A stretch of 64,000 bases of DNA from Antedon mediterranea (Eukaryota > Animalia > Echinodermata): assembly GCF_964355755.1 (NCBI RefSeq), contig NC_092675.1, positions 13,860,912 through 13,924,911 on the forward strand. Direction: 5' to 3'. Numbering within the stretch: position 1 is the first letter of the stretch; every line of letters starts with the position of its first letter. Positions 43,330-59,200 of this stretch are shown piece after piece. The notes beneath the pieces are model-generated. The model saw only the letters and a list, made by a program, of their open reading frames with translations. It was not told the origin of the DNA and did not search any database. Both the position numbers and the translations under genes were made by a program.

Positions 43330-46300
43330 CTTAGAATAGCTTCAAATCGCATTTGGAAACGTTTTAGACCATTTTGTGATTTTCGAAAAAAATTGTTAAC
43401 ATAAAAACACCAAAGTGCTTAGAATCACATTAAAAACCGTTTTAGACCATTTTGAGCATTTCAATAACAATTTTCACACAAAAACATCAAAGAGCACAAA
43501 ATAGCTTAATATCGTATTTAAAAATGTTTTAGACCATTTTGAGCATTTGGATAAAACTTTTTCACACAAAACACCAAAGTGCTTAGAATAGCTTCAAATC
43601 GCATTTGGAGACGTTTTAGACCATTTTGTGATTTTTGAAAAAAACTGTTAACATAAAAACACCAAAGTGCTTAGAATAGCTTCAAATCACATTTGGAGAC
43701 GTTTTAGACCATTTTGTGATATTCGAAAAAACTTGTTAACATAAAAACACGAAAGTGCTTAGAATAGCTTCAAATCGCATTTGGAAACGTTTTAGACCAT
43801 TTTGTGATTTTCGAAAAAACTTGTTAACATAAAAACACCAAAGTGCTTAGAATAGCTTCAAATCGCATTTGGAAACGTTTTTGACCATTTTGTTATTTTC
43901 GAAAAAAATTGTTAACATAAAAACACCAAAGTGCTTAGAATCACATTATAAACCGTTTTAGACCATTTTGAGCATTTCGATAACAATTTTCACACAAAAA
44001 CATCAAAGAGCACAAAATAGCTTAATATCGTATTTAAAAATGTTTTAGACCATTTTGAGCATTTAGATAAAACTTTTTCACACAAAACACCAAAGTGCTT
44101 AGAATAGCTTCAAATCGCATTTGGAGACGTTTTAGACCATTTTGTGATTTTTGAAAAAACTTGTTAACATAAAAACACCAAAGTGCTTAGAATAGCTTCA
44201 AATCACATTTGGAGACGTTTTAGACCATTTTGTGATTTTCGAAAAAACTTGTTAACATAAAAACACGAAAGTGCTTAGAATAGCTTCAAATCGCATTTGG
44301 AAACGTTTTAGACCATTTTGTGATTTTCGAAAAAACTTGTTAACATAAAAACACGAAAGTGCTTAGAATAGCTTCAAATCGCATTTGGAAACGTTTTAGA
44401 CCATTTTGTGATTTTCGAAAAAAATTGTTAACATAAAAACACCAAAGTGTTTAGAATAGCTTCAAATCGCATTTGGAGACGTTTTAGACCAATTTGTGAT
44501 TTTCGAAAAAACTTATCAACATAAAAACACCAAAGGGTTTAGAATAGCTTCAAATCGCATTTGGAGACGTTTTAGACCATTTTGTGATTTTCGAAAAAAC
44601 TTGTTAACATAAAAACACGAAAGTGCTTAGAATAGCTTCAAATCGCATTTGGAAACGTTTTAGACCATTTTGTGATTTTCGAAAAAACTTGTTAACATAA
44701 AAACATGAAAGTGCTTAGAATAGCTTCAAATCGTATTTGGAGACGTTTTAGACCATTTTGTGATTTTCGAAAAAACTTGTTAACATAAAAACACCAAAGT
44801 GCTTAGAATAGCTTCAAATCGCATTTGGAGACGTTTTAGACCATTTTGTGCATTTCGATGAAACTTGGTTACACAAAAACATCAAAGTGCTTAAAATCAC
44901 ATTATAAACCATTTTAGACCATTTTGAGCATTTCGATAACACTTTTCACACAAAAACATCAAAGAGCACAAAATAGCTTAATATCGTATTTAAAAACGTT
45001 TTAGACCATTTTGAGCATTTCGACAAAACTTTTTCACACAAAACACCAAAGTGCTTAGAATAGCTTCAAATCGCATTTGGAAACGTTTTAGACCATTTTG
45101 TGATTTTCGAAAAAAATTGTTAACATAAAAACACCAAAGTGCTTAGAATCACATTATAAACCGTTTTAGACCATTTTGAGCATTTCGATAACAATTTTCA
45201 CACAAAAACATCAAAGAGCACAAAATAGCTTAATATCGTATTTAAAAATGTTTTAGACCATTTTGAGCATTTGGATAAAACTTTTTCACACAAAACACCA
45301 AAGTGCTTAGAATAGCTTCAAATCGCATTTGGAGACGTTTTAGACCATTTTGTGATTTTTGAAAAAAATTGTTAACATAAAAACACCAAAGTGCTTAGAA
45401 TAGCTTCAAATCACATTTGGAGACGTTTTAGACCATTTTGTGATATTCGAAAAAACTTGTTAACATAAAAACACGAAAGTGCTTAGAATAGCTTCAAATC
45501 GCATTTGGAAACGTTTTAGACCATTTTGTGATTTTCGAAAAAACTTGTTAACATAAAAACACCAAAGTGCTTAGAATAGCTTCAAATCGCATTTGGAAAC
45601 GTTTTAGACCATTTTGTTATTTTCGAAAAAAATTGTTAACATAAAAACACCAAAGTGCTTAGAATCACATTATAAACCGTTTTAGACCATTTTGAGCATT
45701 TCGATAACAATTTTCACACAAAAACATCAAAGAGCACAAAATAGCTTAATATCGTATTTAAAAATGTTTTAGACCATTTTGAGCATTTAGATAAAACTTT
45801 TTCACACAAAACACCAAAGTGCTTAAAATAGCTTCAAATCGCATTTGGAGACGTTTTAGACCATTTTGTGATTTTTGAAAAAACTTGTTAACATAAAAAC
45901 ACCAAAGTGCTTAGAATAGCTTCAAATCACATTTGGAGACGTTTTAGACCATTTTGTGATTTTCGAAAAAACTTGTTAACATAAAAACACGAAAGTGCTT
46001 AGAATAGCTTCAAATCGCATTTGGAAACGTTTTAGACCATTTTGTGATTTTCGAAAAAACTTGTTAACATAAAAACACGAAAGTGCTTAGAATAGCTTCA
46101 AATCGCATTTGGAAACGTTTTAGACCATTTTGTGATTTTCGAAAAAAATTGTTAACATAAAAACACCAAAGTGTTTAGAATAGCTTCAAATCGCATTTGG
46201 AGACGTTTTAGACCAATTTGTGATTTTCGAAAAAACTTATCAACATAAAAACACCAAAGGGTTTAGAATAGCTTCAAATCGCATTTGGAGACGTTTTAGA

Positions 46301-46555
46301 CCATTTTGTGATTTTCGAAAAAACTTGTTAACATAAAAACACGAAAGTGCTTAGAATAGCTTCAAATCGCATTTGGAAACGTTTTAGACCATTTTGTGAT
46401 TTTCGAAAAAACTTGTTAACATAAAAACATGAAAGTGCTTAGAATAGCTTCAAATCGTATTTGGAGACGTTTTAGACCATTTTGTGATTTTCGAAAAAAC
46501 TTGTTAACATAAAAACACCAAAGTGCTTAGAATAGCTTCAAATCGCATTTGGAGA
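43330..46555 (+). repeat. Near-complete tandem duplication with 1724-bp offset
   Basis: GCATTTGGATAAAAC (43549/45273), GTGATATTCG (43718/45442) and TTGTTATTTTC recur at +1724. Boundaries are approximate. Confidence 0.82.
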
Positions 46556-49500
46556 CCGTTTTAGGCCGATTTGTGATTTTCGAAAAAACTTGTTAACATA
46601 AAAACACCAAAGTGCTTAGAATAGCTTCAAATCGCATTTGGAGACATTTTAGACCAATTTGTGATTTTCGAAAAAACTTGTCAACATAAAAACACCAAAG
46701 TGTTTAGAATAGCTTCAAATCGCATTTGGAGACGTGTTAGACCAATTTGTGATTTTCGAAAAAACTTATCAACATAAAAACACCAAAGGGTTTAGAATAT
46801 CTTCAAATCGCATTTGGAGACGTTTTAGACCATTTTGTGATTTTCGAAAAAACTTGTTAACATAAAAACACCAAAGTGCTTAGAATAGCTTCAAATCGCA
46901 TTTGGAGACGTTTTAGACCATTTTGTGATTTTCAAAAAAAATTGTTAACATAAAAACACCAAAGTGCATAGAATCACATTATAAACCGTTTTAGACCATT
47001 TAGAGCATTTCGATAAAAATTTTCACACAAAAACATCAATGAGCACAAAATAGCTTAATATCGTATTTAAAAATGTTTTAGACCATTTTGAGCATTTAGA
47101 CAAAACTTTTTCACACAAAACACCAAAGTGCTTAGAATAGCTTCAAATCGCATTTGGAGACGTTTTAGACAATTTTGTGATTTTCGAAAAAAATTGTTAA
47201 CATAAAAACACCAAAGTGCTTAGAATAGCTTCAAATCGCATTTGGAGACGTTTTAGACCATTTTGTGATTTTCGAAAAAACTTGGTTACACAAAAACATC
47301 AAAGTGCTTAAAATCACATTATAAACCGTTTTAGACCATTTTGAGCATTTCGATAACACTTTTCACACAAAAACATCATAGAGCACAAAATAGCTTAATA
47401 TCGTATTTAAAAACGTTTTAGACCATTTTGAGCATTTCGACAAAACTTGTTAACATAAAAACACCAAAGTGCTTAGAATGGCTTCAATCGCATTTGGAGA
47501 CGCTTTAGACCATTTTGTGATTTTCGAAAAAAATTGTTAACATAAAAACACCAAAGTGCTTAGAATCACATTATAAACCGTTTTAGACCATTTTGAGCAT
47601 TTCGATAACAATTTTCACACAAAAACATCAAAGAGCACAAAATAGCTTAATATCGTATTTAAAAATGTTTTAGACCATTTTGAGCATTTAGAAAAAACTT
47701 TTTCACACAAAACACCAAAGTGCTTAGAATAGCTTCAAATCGTATTTGGAGACGTTTTAGACCATTTTGAGATTTTCGAAAAAACTTGGTTACACAAAAA
47801 CATCAAAGTGCTTAAAATCACATTATAAACCATTTTAGACCATTTTGAGCATTTCGATAACACTTTTCACACAAAAACATCAAAGAGCACAAAATAGCTT
47901 AATATCGTATTTAAAAACGTTTTAGACCATTTTGAGCATTTCGACAAAACTTTTTCACACAAAACACCAAAGTGCTTAGAATAGATTCAAATCGCATTTG
48001 GAGACGTTTTAGACCATTTTGTGATTTTCGAAAAAACTTGTTAACATAAAAACATCAAAGTGTACAGAATAACTTCAAATCGCATTTGGAGACCGTTTTA
48101 GGCCAATTTGTGATTTTCGAAAAAACTTGTTAACCTAAAAATACCAAAGTGTTTAGAATAGCTTCAAATCGCATTTGGAGACGTTTTAGACCATTTTGTG
48201 ATTTTCGAAAAAACTTGTTAACATAAAAACACCAAAGTGCTTCAAATCGCATTTGGAGACATTTTAGACCAATTTGTGATTTTTGAAAAAACTTGTTAAC
48301 ATAAAAACACCAAAGTGCTTACAATAGCTTCAAATCGTATTTGGAGACGTTTTAGACCATTTTGTGATTTTCGAAAAAACTTGTTAACATAAAAACACCA
48401 AAGTACTTAGAATAGCTTCAAATCGCATTTGGAGACGTTTTAGACCATTTTATGCATTTCGATGAAACTTGGTTACACAAAAACATCAAAGTGCTTAAAA
48501 TCACATTATAATCCGTTTTAGACCATTTTGAGCATTTCGATAACACTTTTCACACAAAAACATCAAAGAGCACAAAATAGCTTAATATCGTATTTAAAAA
48601 CGTTTTAGACCATTTTGAGCATTTCGACAAAACTTTTTCACACAAAACAGCAAAGTGCTTAGAATAGCTTCAAATCGCATTTGGAGACGTTTTAGACCAT
48701 TTTGTGATTTTCGAAAAAAATTGTTAACATAAAAACATCAAAGTGTACAGAATAGCTTCAAATCGCATTTGGAGACCGTTTTAGGCCGATTTGTGATTTT
48801 CGAAAAAACTTGTTAACATAAAAACACCAAAGTGCTTAGAATAGCTTCAAATCGCATTTGGAGACATTTTAGACCAATTTGTGATTTTCGAAAAAACTTG
48901 TCAACATAAAAACACCAAAGTGTTTAGAATAGCTTCAAATCGCATTTGGAGACGTGTTAGACCAATTTGTGATTTTCGAAAAAACTTATCAACATAAAAA
49001 CACCAAAGGGTTTAGAATATCTTCAAATCGCATTTGGAGACGTTTTAGACCATTTTGTGATTTTCGAAAAAACTTGTTAACATAAAAACACCAAAGTGCT
49101 TAGAATAGCTTCAAATCGCATTTGGAGACGTTTTAGACCATTTTGTGATTTTCAAAAAAAATTGTTAACATAAAAACACCAAAGTGCATAGAATCACATT
49201 ATAAACCGTTTTAGACCATTTAGAGCATTTCGATAAAAATTTTCACACAAAAACATCAATGAGCACAAAATAGCTTAATATCGTATTTAAAAATGTTTTA
49301 GACCATTTTGAGCATTTAGACAAAACTTTTTCACACAAAACACCAAAGTGCTTAGAATAGCTTCAAATCGCATTTGGAGACGTTTTAGACAATTTTGTGA
49401 TTTTCGAAAAAAATTGTTAACATAAAAACACCAAAGTGCTTAGAATAGCTTCAAATCGCATTTGGAGACGTTTTAGACCATTTTGTGATTTTCGAAAAAA

Positions 49501-50230
49501 CTTGGTTACACAAAAACATCAAAGTGCTTAAAATCACATTATAAACCGTTTTAGACCATTTTGAGCATTTCGATAACACTTTTCACACAAAAACATCATA
49601 GAGCACAAAATAGCTTAATATCGTATTTAAAAACGTTTTAGACCATTTTGAGCATTTCGACAAAACTTGTTAACATAAAAACACCAAAGTGCTTAGAATG
49701 GCTTCAATCGCATTTGGAGACGCTTTAGACCATTTTGTGATTTTCGAAAAAAATTGTTAACATAAAAACACCAAAGTGCTTAGAATCACATTATAAACCG
49801 TTTTAGACCATTTTGAGCATTTCGATAACAATTTTCACACAAAAACATCAAAGAGCACAAAATAGCTTAATATCGTATTTAAAAATGTTTTAGACCATTT
49901 TGAGCATTTAGAAAAAACTTTTTCACACAAAACACCAAAGTGCTTAGAATAGCTTCAAATCGTATTTGGAGACGTTTTAGACCATTTTGAGATTTTCGAA
50001 AAAACTTGGTTACACAAAAACATCAAAGTGCTTAAAATCACATTATAAACCGTTTTAGACCATTTTGAGCATTTCGATAACACTTTTCACACAAAAAACA
50101 TCAAAGAGCACAAAATAGCTTAATATCGTATTTAAAAACGTTTTAGACCATTTTGAGCATTTCGACAAAACTTTTTCACACAAAACACCAAAGTGCTTAG
50201 AATAGCTTCAAATCGCATTTGGAGACGTTT
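46520..50230 (+). repeat. Segment of about 1.3-1.5 kb repeated at +2220
   Basis: TTAGGCCGAT (46561/48781), GACGTGTTAG, GTGCATAGAATC, CATCAATGAGC and GAATGGCTTCAATC (about 47476/49696) all recur exactly 2220 bp apart. Confidence 0.85.
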
Positions 50231-53200
50231 TAGACCAATTTGTGCATTTCGATGAAACTTGGTTACACAAAAACATCAAAGTGCTTAAAATCACATTATA
50301 AATCGTTTTAGACCATTTTGAGCATTTCGATAACACTTTTCACACAAAAACATCAAAGAGCACAAAATAGCTTAATATCTTATTTAAAAACGTTTTAGAC
50401 CATTTTGAGCATTTAGACAAAACTTTTTCACACAAAACACCAAAGTGCTTAGAATAGCTTCAAATCGCATTTGGAGACGTTTTAGACCATTTTGTGATTT
50501 TCAAAAAAACTTGTTAACATAAAAACACCAAAGTGCTTAGAATAGCTTCAAATCGCATTTGGAGACATTTTAGACCAATTTGTGATTTTCGAAAAAAACT
50601 TGTCAACATAAAAACACCAAAGTGTTTAGAATAGCTTCAAATCGCATTTGGAGACGTTTTAGACCAATTTGTGATTTTCGAAAAAACTTATCAACATAAA
50701 AACACCAAAGGGTTTAGAATAGCTTCAAATCACATTTTGAGACCTTTTAGACCATTTTGTGATTTTCGAAAAAACTTGTTAACATAAAAACACGAAAGTG
50801 CTTAGAATAGCTTCAAATCGCATTTGGAAACGTTTTATTCCATTTGGTGATTTTCGAAAAAAATTGTTAACATAAAAACACCAAAGTGCTTAAAATCACA
50901 TTATAAACCGTTTTAGACCATTTTGAGCATTTCGATAACACTTTTCACACAAAAACATCAAAGAGCACAAAATAGCTTAATATCGTATTTAAAAACGTTT
51001 TAGACCATTTTGAGCATTTAGACAAAACTTTTTCACACAAAACACCAAAGTGCTTAGAATAGCTTCAAATCGCATTTGGAGACGTTTTAGACCATTTTGT
51101 GATTTTCGAAAAAACTTGTTAACATAAAAACACGAAAGTGCTTAGAATAGCTTCAAATCGCATTTGGAAACGTTTTATTCCATTTTGTGATTTTCGAAAA
51201 AAATTGTTAACATAAAAACACCAAAGTGCTTAGAATCACATTATAAACCGTTTTAGACCATTTTGAGCATTTCGATAACAATTTTCACACAAAAACATCA
51301 AAGAGCACAAAATAGCTTAATATCGTATTTAAAAATGTTTTAGACCATTTTGAGCATTTAGAAAAAACTTTTTCACACAAAAAACCAAAGTGCTTAGAAT
51401 AGCTTCAAATCGCATTTGGAGACGGTTTAGACCATTTTGTGATTTTGAAAAAACTTGTTAACATAAAAACACCAAAGTGCTTAGAATAGCTTCAAATCGA
51501 ATTTGGAGACGTTTTAGACCATTTTGTGATTTTCGAAAAAACTTGTTAACATAAAAACACCAAAGTGCTTAGAATAGCTTCAAATCACATTTGGAGACGT
51601 TTTAGACCATTTTGTGATTTTTGAAAAAACTTGTTAACATAAAAACACGAAAGTGCTTAGAATAGCTTCAAATCACATTTGGAGACGTTTTAGACCATTT
51701 TGTGATTTTCGAAAAAGATTGTTAACATAAAAACACCAAAGTGCTTAGAATCACATTATAAACCGTTTTAGACCATTTTGAGCATTTCAATAACAATTTT
51801 CACACAAAAACATCAAAGAGCACAAAATAGCTTAATATCGTATTTAAAAATGTTTTAGACCATTTTGAGCATTTAGATAAAACTTTTTCACACAAAACAC
51901 CAAAGTGCTTAGAATAGCTTCAAATCGAATTTGGAGACAGTTTAGACCATTTTGTGATTTTGAAAAAACTTGTTAACATAAAAACACCAAAGTGCTTAGA
52001 ATAGCTTCAAATTGCATTTGGAGACGTTTTAGACCATTTTGTGATTTTCGAAAAAACTTGTTAACATAAAAACACCAAAGTGCTTAGAATCACATTATAA
52101 ACCGTTTTAGACCATTTTGAGCATTTCAATAACAATTTTCACACAAAAACATCAAAGAGCACAAAATAGCTTAATATCGTATTTAAAAATGTTTTAGACC
52201 ATTTTGAGCATTTAGATAAAACTTTTTCACACAAAACACCAAAGTGCTTAGAATAGCTTCAAATCGAATTTGGAGACAGTTTAGACCATTTTGTGAATTT
52301 GAAAAAACTTGTTAACATAAAAACACCAAAGTGCTTAGAATAGCTTCAAATTGCATTTGGAGACGTTTTAGACCATTTTGTGATTTTCGAAAAAACTTGT
52401 TAACATAAAAACACCAAAGTGCTTAGAATAGCTTAAAATCGTATTTGGAGACGTTTTAGACCATTTTGAGATTTTCGAAAAAACTTGGTTACACAAAAAC
52501 ATCAAAGTGCTTAAAATCACATTATAAACCGTTTTAGACCATTTTGAGCATTTCGATAACACTTTTCACACAAAAACATCAAAGAGCACAAAATAGCTTA
52601 ATATCGTATTTAAAAACGTTTTAGACCATTTTGAGCATTTCGACAAAACTTTTTCACACAAAACACCAAAGTGCTTAGAATAGCTTCAAATCGCATTTGG
52701 AGACGTTTTAGACCATTTTGTGATTTTCGAAAAAACTTTTTAACATAAAAACATCAAAGTGTACAGAATAACTTCAAATCGCATTTGGAGACCGTTTTAG
52801 GCCAATTTGTGATTTTCGAAAAAACTTGTTAACCTAAAAATACCAAAGTGTTTAGAATAGCTTCAAATCGCATTTGGAGACGTTTTAGACCATTTTGTGA
52901 TTTTCGAAAAAACTTGTTAACATAAAAACACCAAAGTGCTTCAAATCGCATTTGGAGACATTTTAGACCAATTTGTGATTTTTGAAAAAACTTGTTAACA
53001 TAAAAACACCAAAGTGCTTACAATAGCTTCAAATCGTATTTGGAGACGTTTTAGACCATTTTGTGATTTTCGAAAAAACTTGTTAACATAAAAACACCAA
53101 AGTACTTAGAATAGCTTCAAATCGCATTTGGAGACGTTTTAGACCATTTTATGCATTTCGATGAAACTTGGTTACACAAAAACATCAAAGTGCTTAAAAT

Positions 53201-56200
53201 CACATTATAGTCCGTTTTAGACCATTTTGAGCATTTCGATAACACTTTTCACACAAAAACATCAAAGAGCACAAAATAGCTTAATATCGTATTTAAAAAC
53301 GTTTTAGACCATTTTGAGCATTTCGACAAAACTTTTTCACACAAAACACCAAAGTGCTTAGAATAGCTTCAAATCGCATTTGGAGACGTTTTAGACCATT
53401 TTGTGATTTTCGAAAAAAATTGTTAACATAAAAAAATAAAAGTGTACAGAATAGCTTCAAATCGCATTTGGAGACCGTTTTAGGCCAATTTGTGATTTTC
53501 GAAAAAACTTGTTAACCTAAAAATACCAAAGTGTTTAGAATAGCTTCAAATCGCATTTGGAGACCTTTTAGACCATTTTGTGATTTTCGAAAAAACTTGT
53601 TAACATAAAAACACCAAAGTGCTTAGAATAGCTTCAAATCGCATTTGGAGACATTTTAGACCAATTTGTGATTTTCGAAAAAACTTGTCAACATAAAAAC
53701 ACCAAAGTGTTTAGAATAGCTTCAAATCGCATTTGGAGACGTTTTAGACCTATTTGTGATTTTCGAAAAAACTTATCAACATAAAAACACCAAAGGGTTT
53801 AGAATATCTTCAAATCGCATTTGGAGACGTTTTAGACCATTTTGTGATTTTCGAAAAAACTTGTTAACATAAAAACACCAAAGTGCTTAGAATAGCTTCA
53901 AATCGCATTTGGAGACGTTTTAGACCAATTTGTGATTTTCGAAAAAACTTATCAACATAAAAACACCAAAGGGTTTAGAATAGCTTCAAATCGCATTTGG
54001 AGACGTTTTAGACCATTTTGTGATTTTGAAAAAACTTGTTAACACAAAAACATCAAAGTGCTTAAAATAACATTATAAACCGTTTTAGACCATTTTGAGC
54101 ATTTCGATAACACTTTTCACACAAAAACATCAAAGAGCACAAAATAGCTTAATATCGTATTTAAAAACGTTTTAGACCATTTTGAGCATTTCGACAAAAC
54201 TTTTTCACACAAAACACCAAAGTGCTTAGAATAGCTTCAAATTGCATTTGGAGACGTTTTAGACCAATTTGTGCATTTCGATGAAACTTGATTACACAAA
54301 AACATCAAAGTGATTAAAATCACATCATAAACCGTTTTAGACCATTTTGAGCATTTCGATAACACTTTTCACACAAAAACATCAAAGAGCACAAAATAGC
54401 TTAATATCGTATTTAAAAACGTTTTAGACCATTTTGAGCATTTCGACAAAACTTTTTCACACAAAACACCAAAGTGCTTAGAATAGCTTCAAATCGCATT
54501 TGGAGACGTTTTAGACCAATTTGTGCATTTCGATGAAACTTGATTACACAAAAACACCAAAGTGCTTAAAATCACATTATAAACCGTTTTAGACCATTTT
54601 GAGCATTTCGACAAAACTTTTTCACACAAAATACCAAAGTGCTTAGAATAGCTTCAAATCGCATTTGGAGACGTTTTAGACCATTTTGTGATTTTCGAAA
54701 AAACTTTTTAACATAAAAACACCAAAGTGCTTAGAATAGCTTCAAATCACATTTTGAGACGTTTTAGACCATTTTGTGATTTTCGAAAAAACTTGTTAAC
54801 ATAAAAACACGAAAGTGCTTAGAATAGCTTCAAATCGCATTTGGAAACGTTTTAGACCATTTTGTGATTTTCGAAAAAAATGGTTAACATAAAAACACCA
54901 AAGTGCTTAGAATCACATTATAAACCGTTTTAGACCATTTTGAGCATTTCGATAACAATTTTCACACAAAAACATCAAAGAGCACAAAATAGCTTAATAT
55001 CGTATTTAAAAATGTTTTAGACCATTTTGAGCATTTAGATAAAACTTTTTTACACAAAACACCAAAGTGCTTAGAATAGCTTCAAATCGCATTTTGAGAC
55101 GTTTTAGACCATTTTGTGATTTTTGAAAAAACTTGTTAACATAAAAACACCAAAGTGCTTAGAATAGCTTCAAATCGCATTTTGAGACGTTTTAGACCAT
55201 TTTGTGATTTTCGAAAAAACTTGTTAACATAAAAACACGAAAGTGCTTAGAATAGCTTCAAATCGCATTTGGAAACGTTTTATTCCATTTTGTGATTTTC
55301 GAAAAAAATTGTTAACATAAAAACACCAAAGTGCTTAGAATCACATTATAAACCGTTTTAGACCATTTTGAGCATTTCGATAACAATTTTCACACAAAAA
55401 CATCAAAGAGCACAAAATAGCTTAATATCGTATTTAAAAATGTTTTAGACCATTTTGAGCATTTATAAAAAACTTTTTCACACAAAACACCAAAGTGCTT
55501 AGAATAGCTTCAAATCGCATTTGGAGACGGTTTAGACCATTTTGTGATTTGGAAAAAACTTGTTAACATAAAAACACCAAAGTGCTTAGAATAGCTTCAA
55601 ATCGAATTTGGAGACGTTTTAGACCATTTTGTGATTTTCGAAAAAACTTGTTAACATAAAAACACCAAAGTGCTTAGAATAGCTTCAAATCACATTTGGA
55701 GACGTTTTAGACCAATTTGTGCATTTCGATGAAACTTGATTACACAAAAACACCAAAGTGCTTAAAATCACATTATAAACCGTTTTAGACCATTTTGAGC
55801 ATTTCGATAACACTTTTCACACAAAAACATCAAAGAGCACAAAATAGCTTAATATCGTATTTAAAAACGTTTTAGACCATTTTGAGCATTTAGACAAAAC
55901 TTTTTCACACAAAACACCAAAGTGCTTAGAATAGCTTCAAATCGCATTTGGAGACGTTTTTGACCATTTTGTGATTTTTGAAAAAACTTGTTAACATAAA
56001 AACACCAAAGTGCTTAGAATAGCTTCAAATCGCATTTTGAGACGTTTTAGACCACTTTGTGATTTTCGAAAAAACTTGTTAACATAAAAACACGAAAGTG
56101 CTTAGAATAGCTTCAAATCGCATTTGGAAACGTTTTATTCCATTTTGTGATTTTCGAAAAAAATTGTTAACATAAAAACACCAAAGTGCTTAGAATCACA

Positions 56201-59200
56201 TTATAAACCGTTTTAGACCATTTTGAGCATTTCGATAACAATTTTCACACAAAAACATCAAAGAGCACAAAATAGCTTAATATCGTATTTAAAAATGTTT
56301 TAGACCATTTTGAGCATTTAGAAAAAACTTTTTCACACAAAACACCAAAGTGCTTAGAATAGCTTCAAATCGCATTTGGAGACGGTTTAGACCATTTTGT
56401 GATTTTGAAAAAACTTGTTAACATAAAAACACCAAAGTGCTTAGAATAGCTTCAAATCGAATTTGGAGACGTTTTAGACCATTTTGTGATTTTCGAAAAA
56501 ACTTGTTAACATAAAAACACCAAAGTGCTTAGAATAGCTTCAAATCACATTTGGAGACGTTTTAGACCATTTTGTGATTTTTGAAAAAACTTGTTAACAT
56601 AAAAACACGAAAGTGCTTAGAATAGCTTCAAATCACATTTGGAGACGTTTTAGACCATTTTGTGATTTTCAAAAAAGATTGTTAACATAAAAACACCAAA
56701 GTGCTTAGAATCACATTATAAACCGTTTTAGACCATTTTGAGCATTTCAATAACAATTTTCACACAAAAACATCAAAGAGCACAAAATAGCTTAATATCG
56801 TATTTAAAAATGTTTTAGACCATTTTGAGCATTTAGATAAAACTTTTTCACACAAAACACCAAAGTGCTTAGAATAGCTTCAAATCGAATTTGGAGACAG
56901 TTTAGACCATTTTGTGATTTTGAAAAAACTTGTTAACATAAAAACACCAAAGTGCTTAGAATAGCTTCAAATTGCATTTGGAGACGTTTTAGACCATTTT
57001 GTGATTTTCGAAAAAACTTGTTAACATAAAAACACCAAAGTGCTTAGAATAGCTTAAAATCGTATTTGGAGACGTTTTAGACCATTTTGAGATTTTCGAA
57101 AAAACTTGGTTACACAAAAACATCAAAGTGCTTAAAATCACATTATAAACCGTTTTAGACCATTTTGAGCATTTCGATAACACTTTTCACACAAAAACAT
57201 CAAAGAGCACAAAATAGCTTAATATCGTATTTAAAAACGTTTTAGACCATTTTGAGCATTTCGACAAAACTTTTTCACACAAAACACCAAAGTGCTTAGA
57301 ATAGCTTCAAATCGCATTTGGAGACGTTTTAGACCAATTTGTGCATTTCGATGAAACTTGATTACACAAAAACATCAAAGTGCTTAAAATCACATTATAA
57401 ACAGTTTTAGACCATTTTGAGCATTTCGATAACACTTTTCACACAAAAACATCAAAGAGCACAAAATAGCTTAATATCGTATTTAAAAACGTTTTAGACC
57501 ATTTTGAGCATTTAGACAAAACTTTTTCACACAAAACTCCAAAGTGCTTAGAATAGCTTCAAATCGCATTTGGAGACGTTTTAGAACATTTTGTGTTTTT
57601 CGAAAAAACCTGTTAACATAAAAACACCAAAGTGCTTAGAATAGCTTCAAATCGCATTTGGAGACTATTTAGACCATTTTGTGATTTTTGTAAAAACTTG
57701 TTAACATAAAAACACGAAGGTGCTTAGAATAGCTTCAAATCGCATTTGGAAACGTTTTAGACCATTTTGTGATTTTCGAAAAAGATTGTTAACATAGAAA
57801 CACCAATGTGCTTAAAATCACATTATACACCGTTTTAGACCATTTTGAGCATTTCGATAACAATTTTCACACAAAAACATCAAAGGGCACAAAATAGCTT
57901 AATATCGTATTTAAAAATGTTTTAGACCATTTTGAGCATTTAGATAAAACTTTTTCACACAAAACACCAAAGTGCGTAGAATAGCTTCAAATCGCATTTG
58001 GAGACGGTTTAGAACATTTTGTGATTTTGAAAAAACTTGTTAACATAAAAACACCAAAGTGCTTAGAATAGCTTCAAATCGCATTTGGAGACGTTTTAGA
58101 CCATTTTGTGATTTTCGAAAAAACTTGTTAACATAAAAACACCAAAGTGCTTAGAATAGCTTCAAATCGTATTTGGAGACGTTTTAGACCATTTTGAGAT
58201 TTTCGAAAAAACTTGGTTACACAAAAACATCAAAGAGCACAAAATAGCTTAATATCGTATTTAAAAACGTTTTAGACCATTTTGAGCATTTCGACAAAAC
58301 TTTTTCACACAAAACACCAAAGTGCTTAGAATAGCTTCAAATCGCATTTGGAGACGTTTTAGACCAATTTGTGATTTTCGAAAAAACTTATCAACATAAA
58401 AACACCAAAGGGTTTAGAATAGCTTCAAATCGCATTTGGAGACGTTTTAGACCATTTTGTGATTTTCGAAAAAACTTGTTAACATAAAAACACGAAAGTG
58501 CTTAGAATAGCTTCAAATCGCATTTGGACACGTTTTAGACCATTTTGTGACTTTCGAAAAAACTTGTTAACATAAAAACATGAAAGTGCTTAGAATAGCT
58601 TCAAATCGTATTTGGAGACGTTTTAGACCATTTTGTGATTTTCGAAAAAACTTGTTAACATAAAAACACCAAAGTGCTTAGAATAGCTTCAAATCGCATT
58701 TGGAGACGTTTTAGACAATTTTGTGCATTTCGATGAAACTTGGTTACACAAAAACATCAAAGTGCTTAAAATCACATTATAAACCATTTTAGACCATTTT
58801 GAGCATTTCGATAACACTTTTCACACAAAAACATCAAAGAGCACAAAATAGCTTAATATCGTATTTAGAAACGTTTTAGACCATTTTGAGCATTTCGACA
58901 AAACTTTTTCACACAAAACACCAAAGTGCTTAGAATAGCTTCAAATCGCATTTGGAGACGTTTTAGACCATTTTGTGATTTTCGAAAAAACTTGTTAACA
59001 TAAAAACATCAAAGTGTACAGAATAACTTCAAATCGCATTTGGAGACCGTTTTAGGCCAATTTGTGATTTTCGAAAAAACTTGTTAACCTAAAAATACCA
59101 AAGTGTTTAGAATAGCTTCAAATCGCATTTGGAGACGTTTTAGACCATTTTGTGATTTTCGAAAAAACTTGTTAACATAAAAACACCAAAGTGCTTCAAA

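Noticed and set aside
1054-57183. Thirteen short minus-strand ORFs (MLSKCSKWSKTV..., MCEKVLSKCSKW...)
   Set aside because: They are 60-82 aa translations of the satellite itself, apparently from non-ATG starts. They pass the length cutoff only where a SNP or indel removes a stop. The repeated KCSKWSK motif is simply the reverse complement of the repeat core, and I see no recognisable domain.
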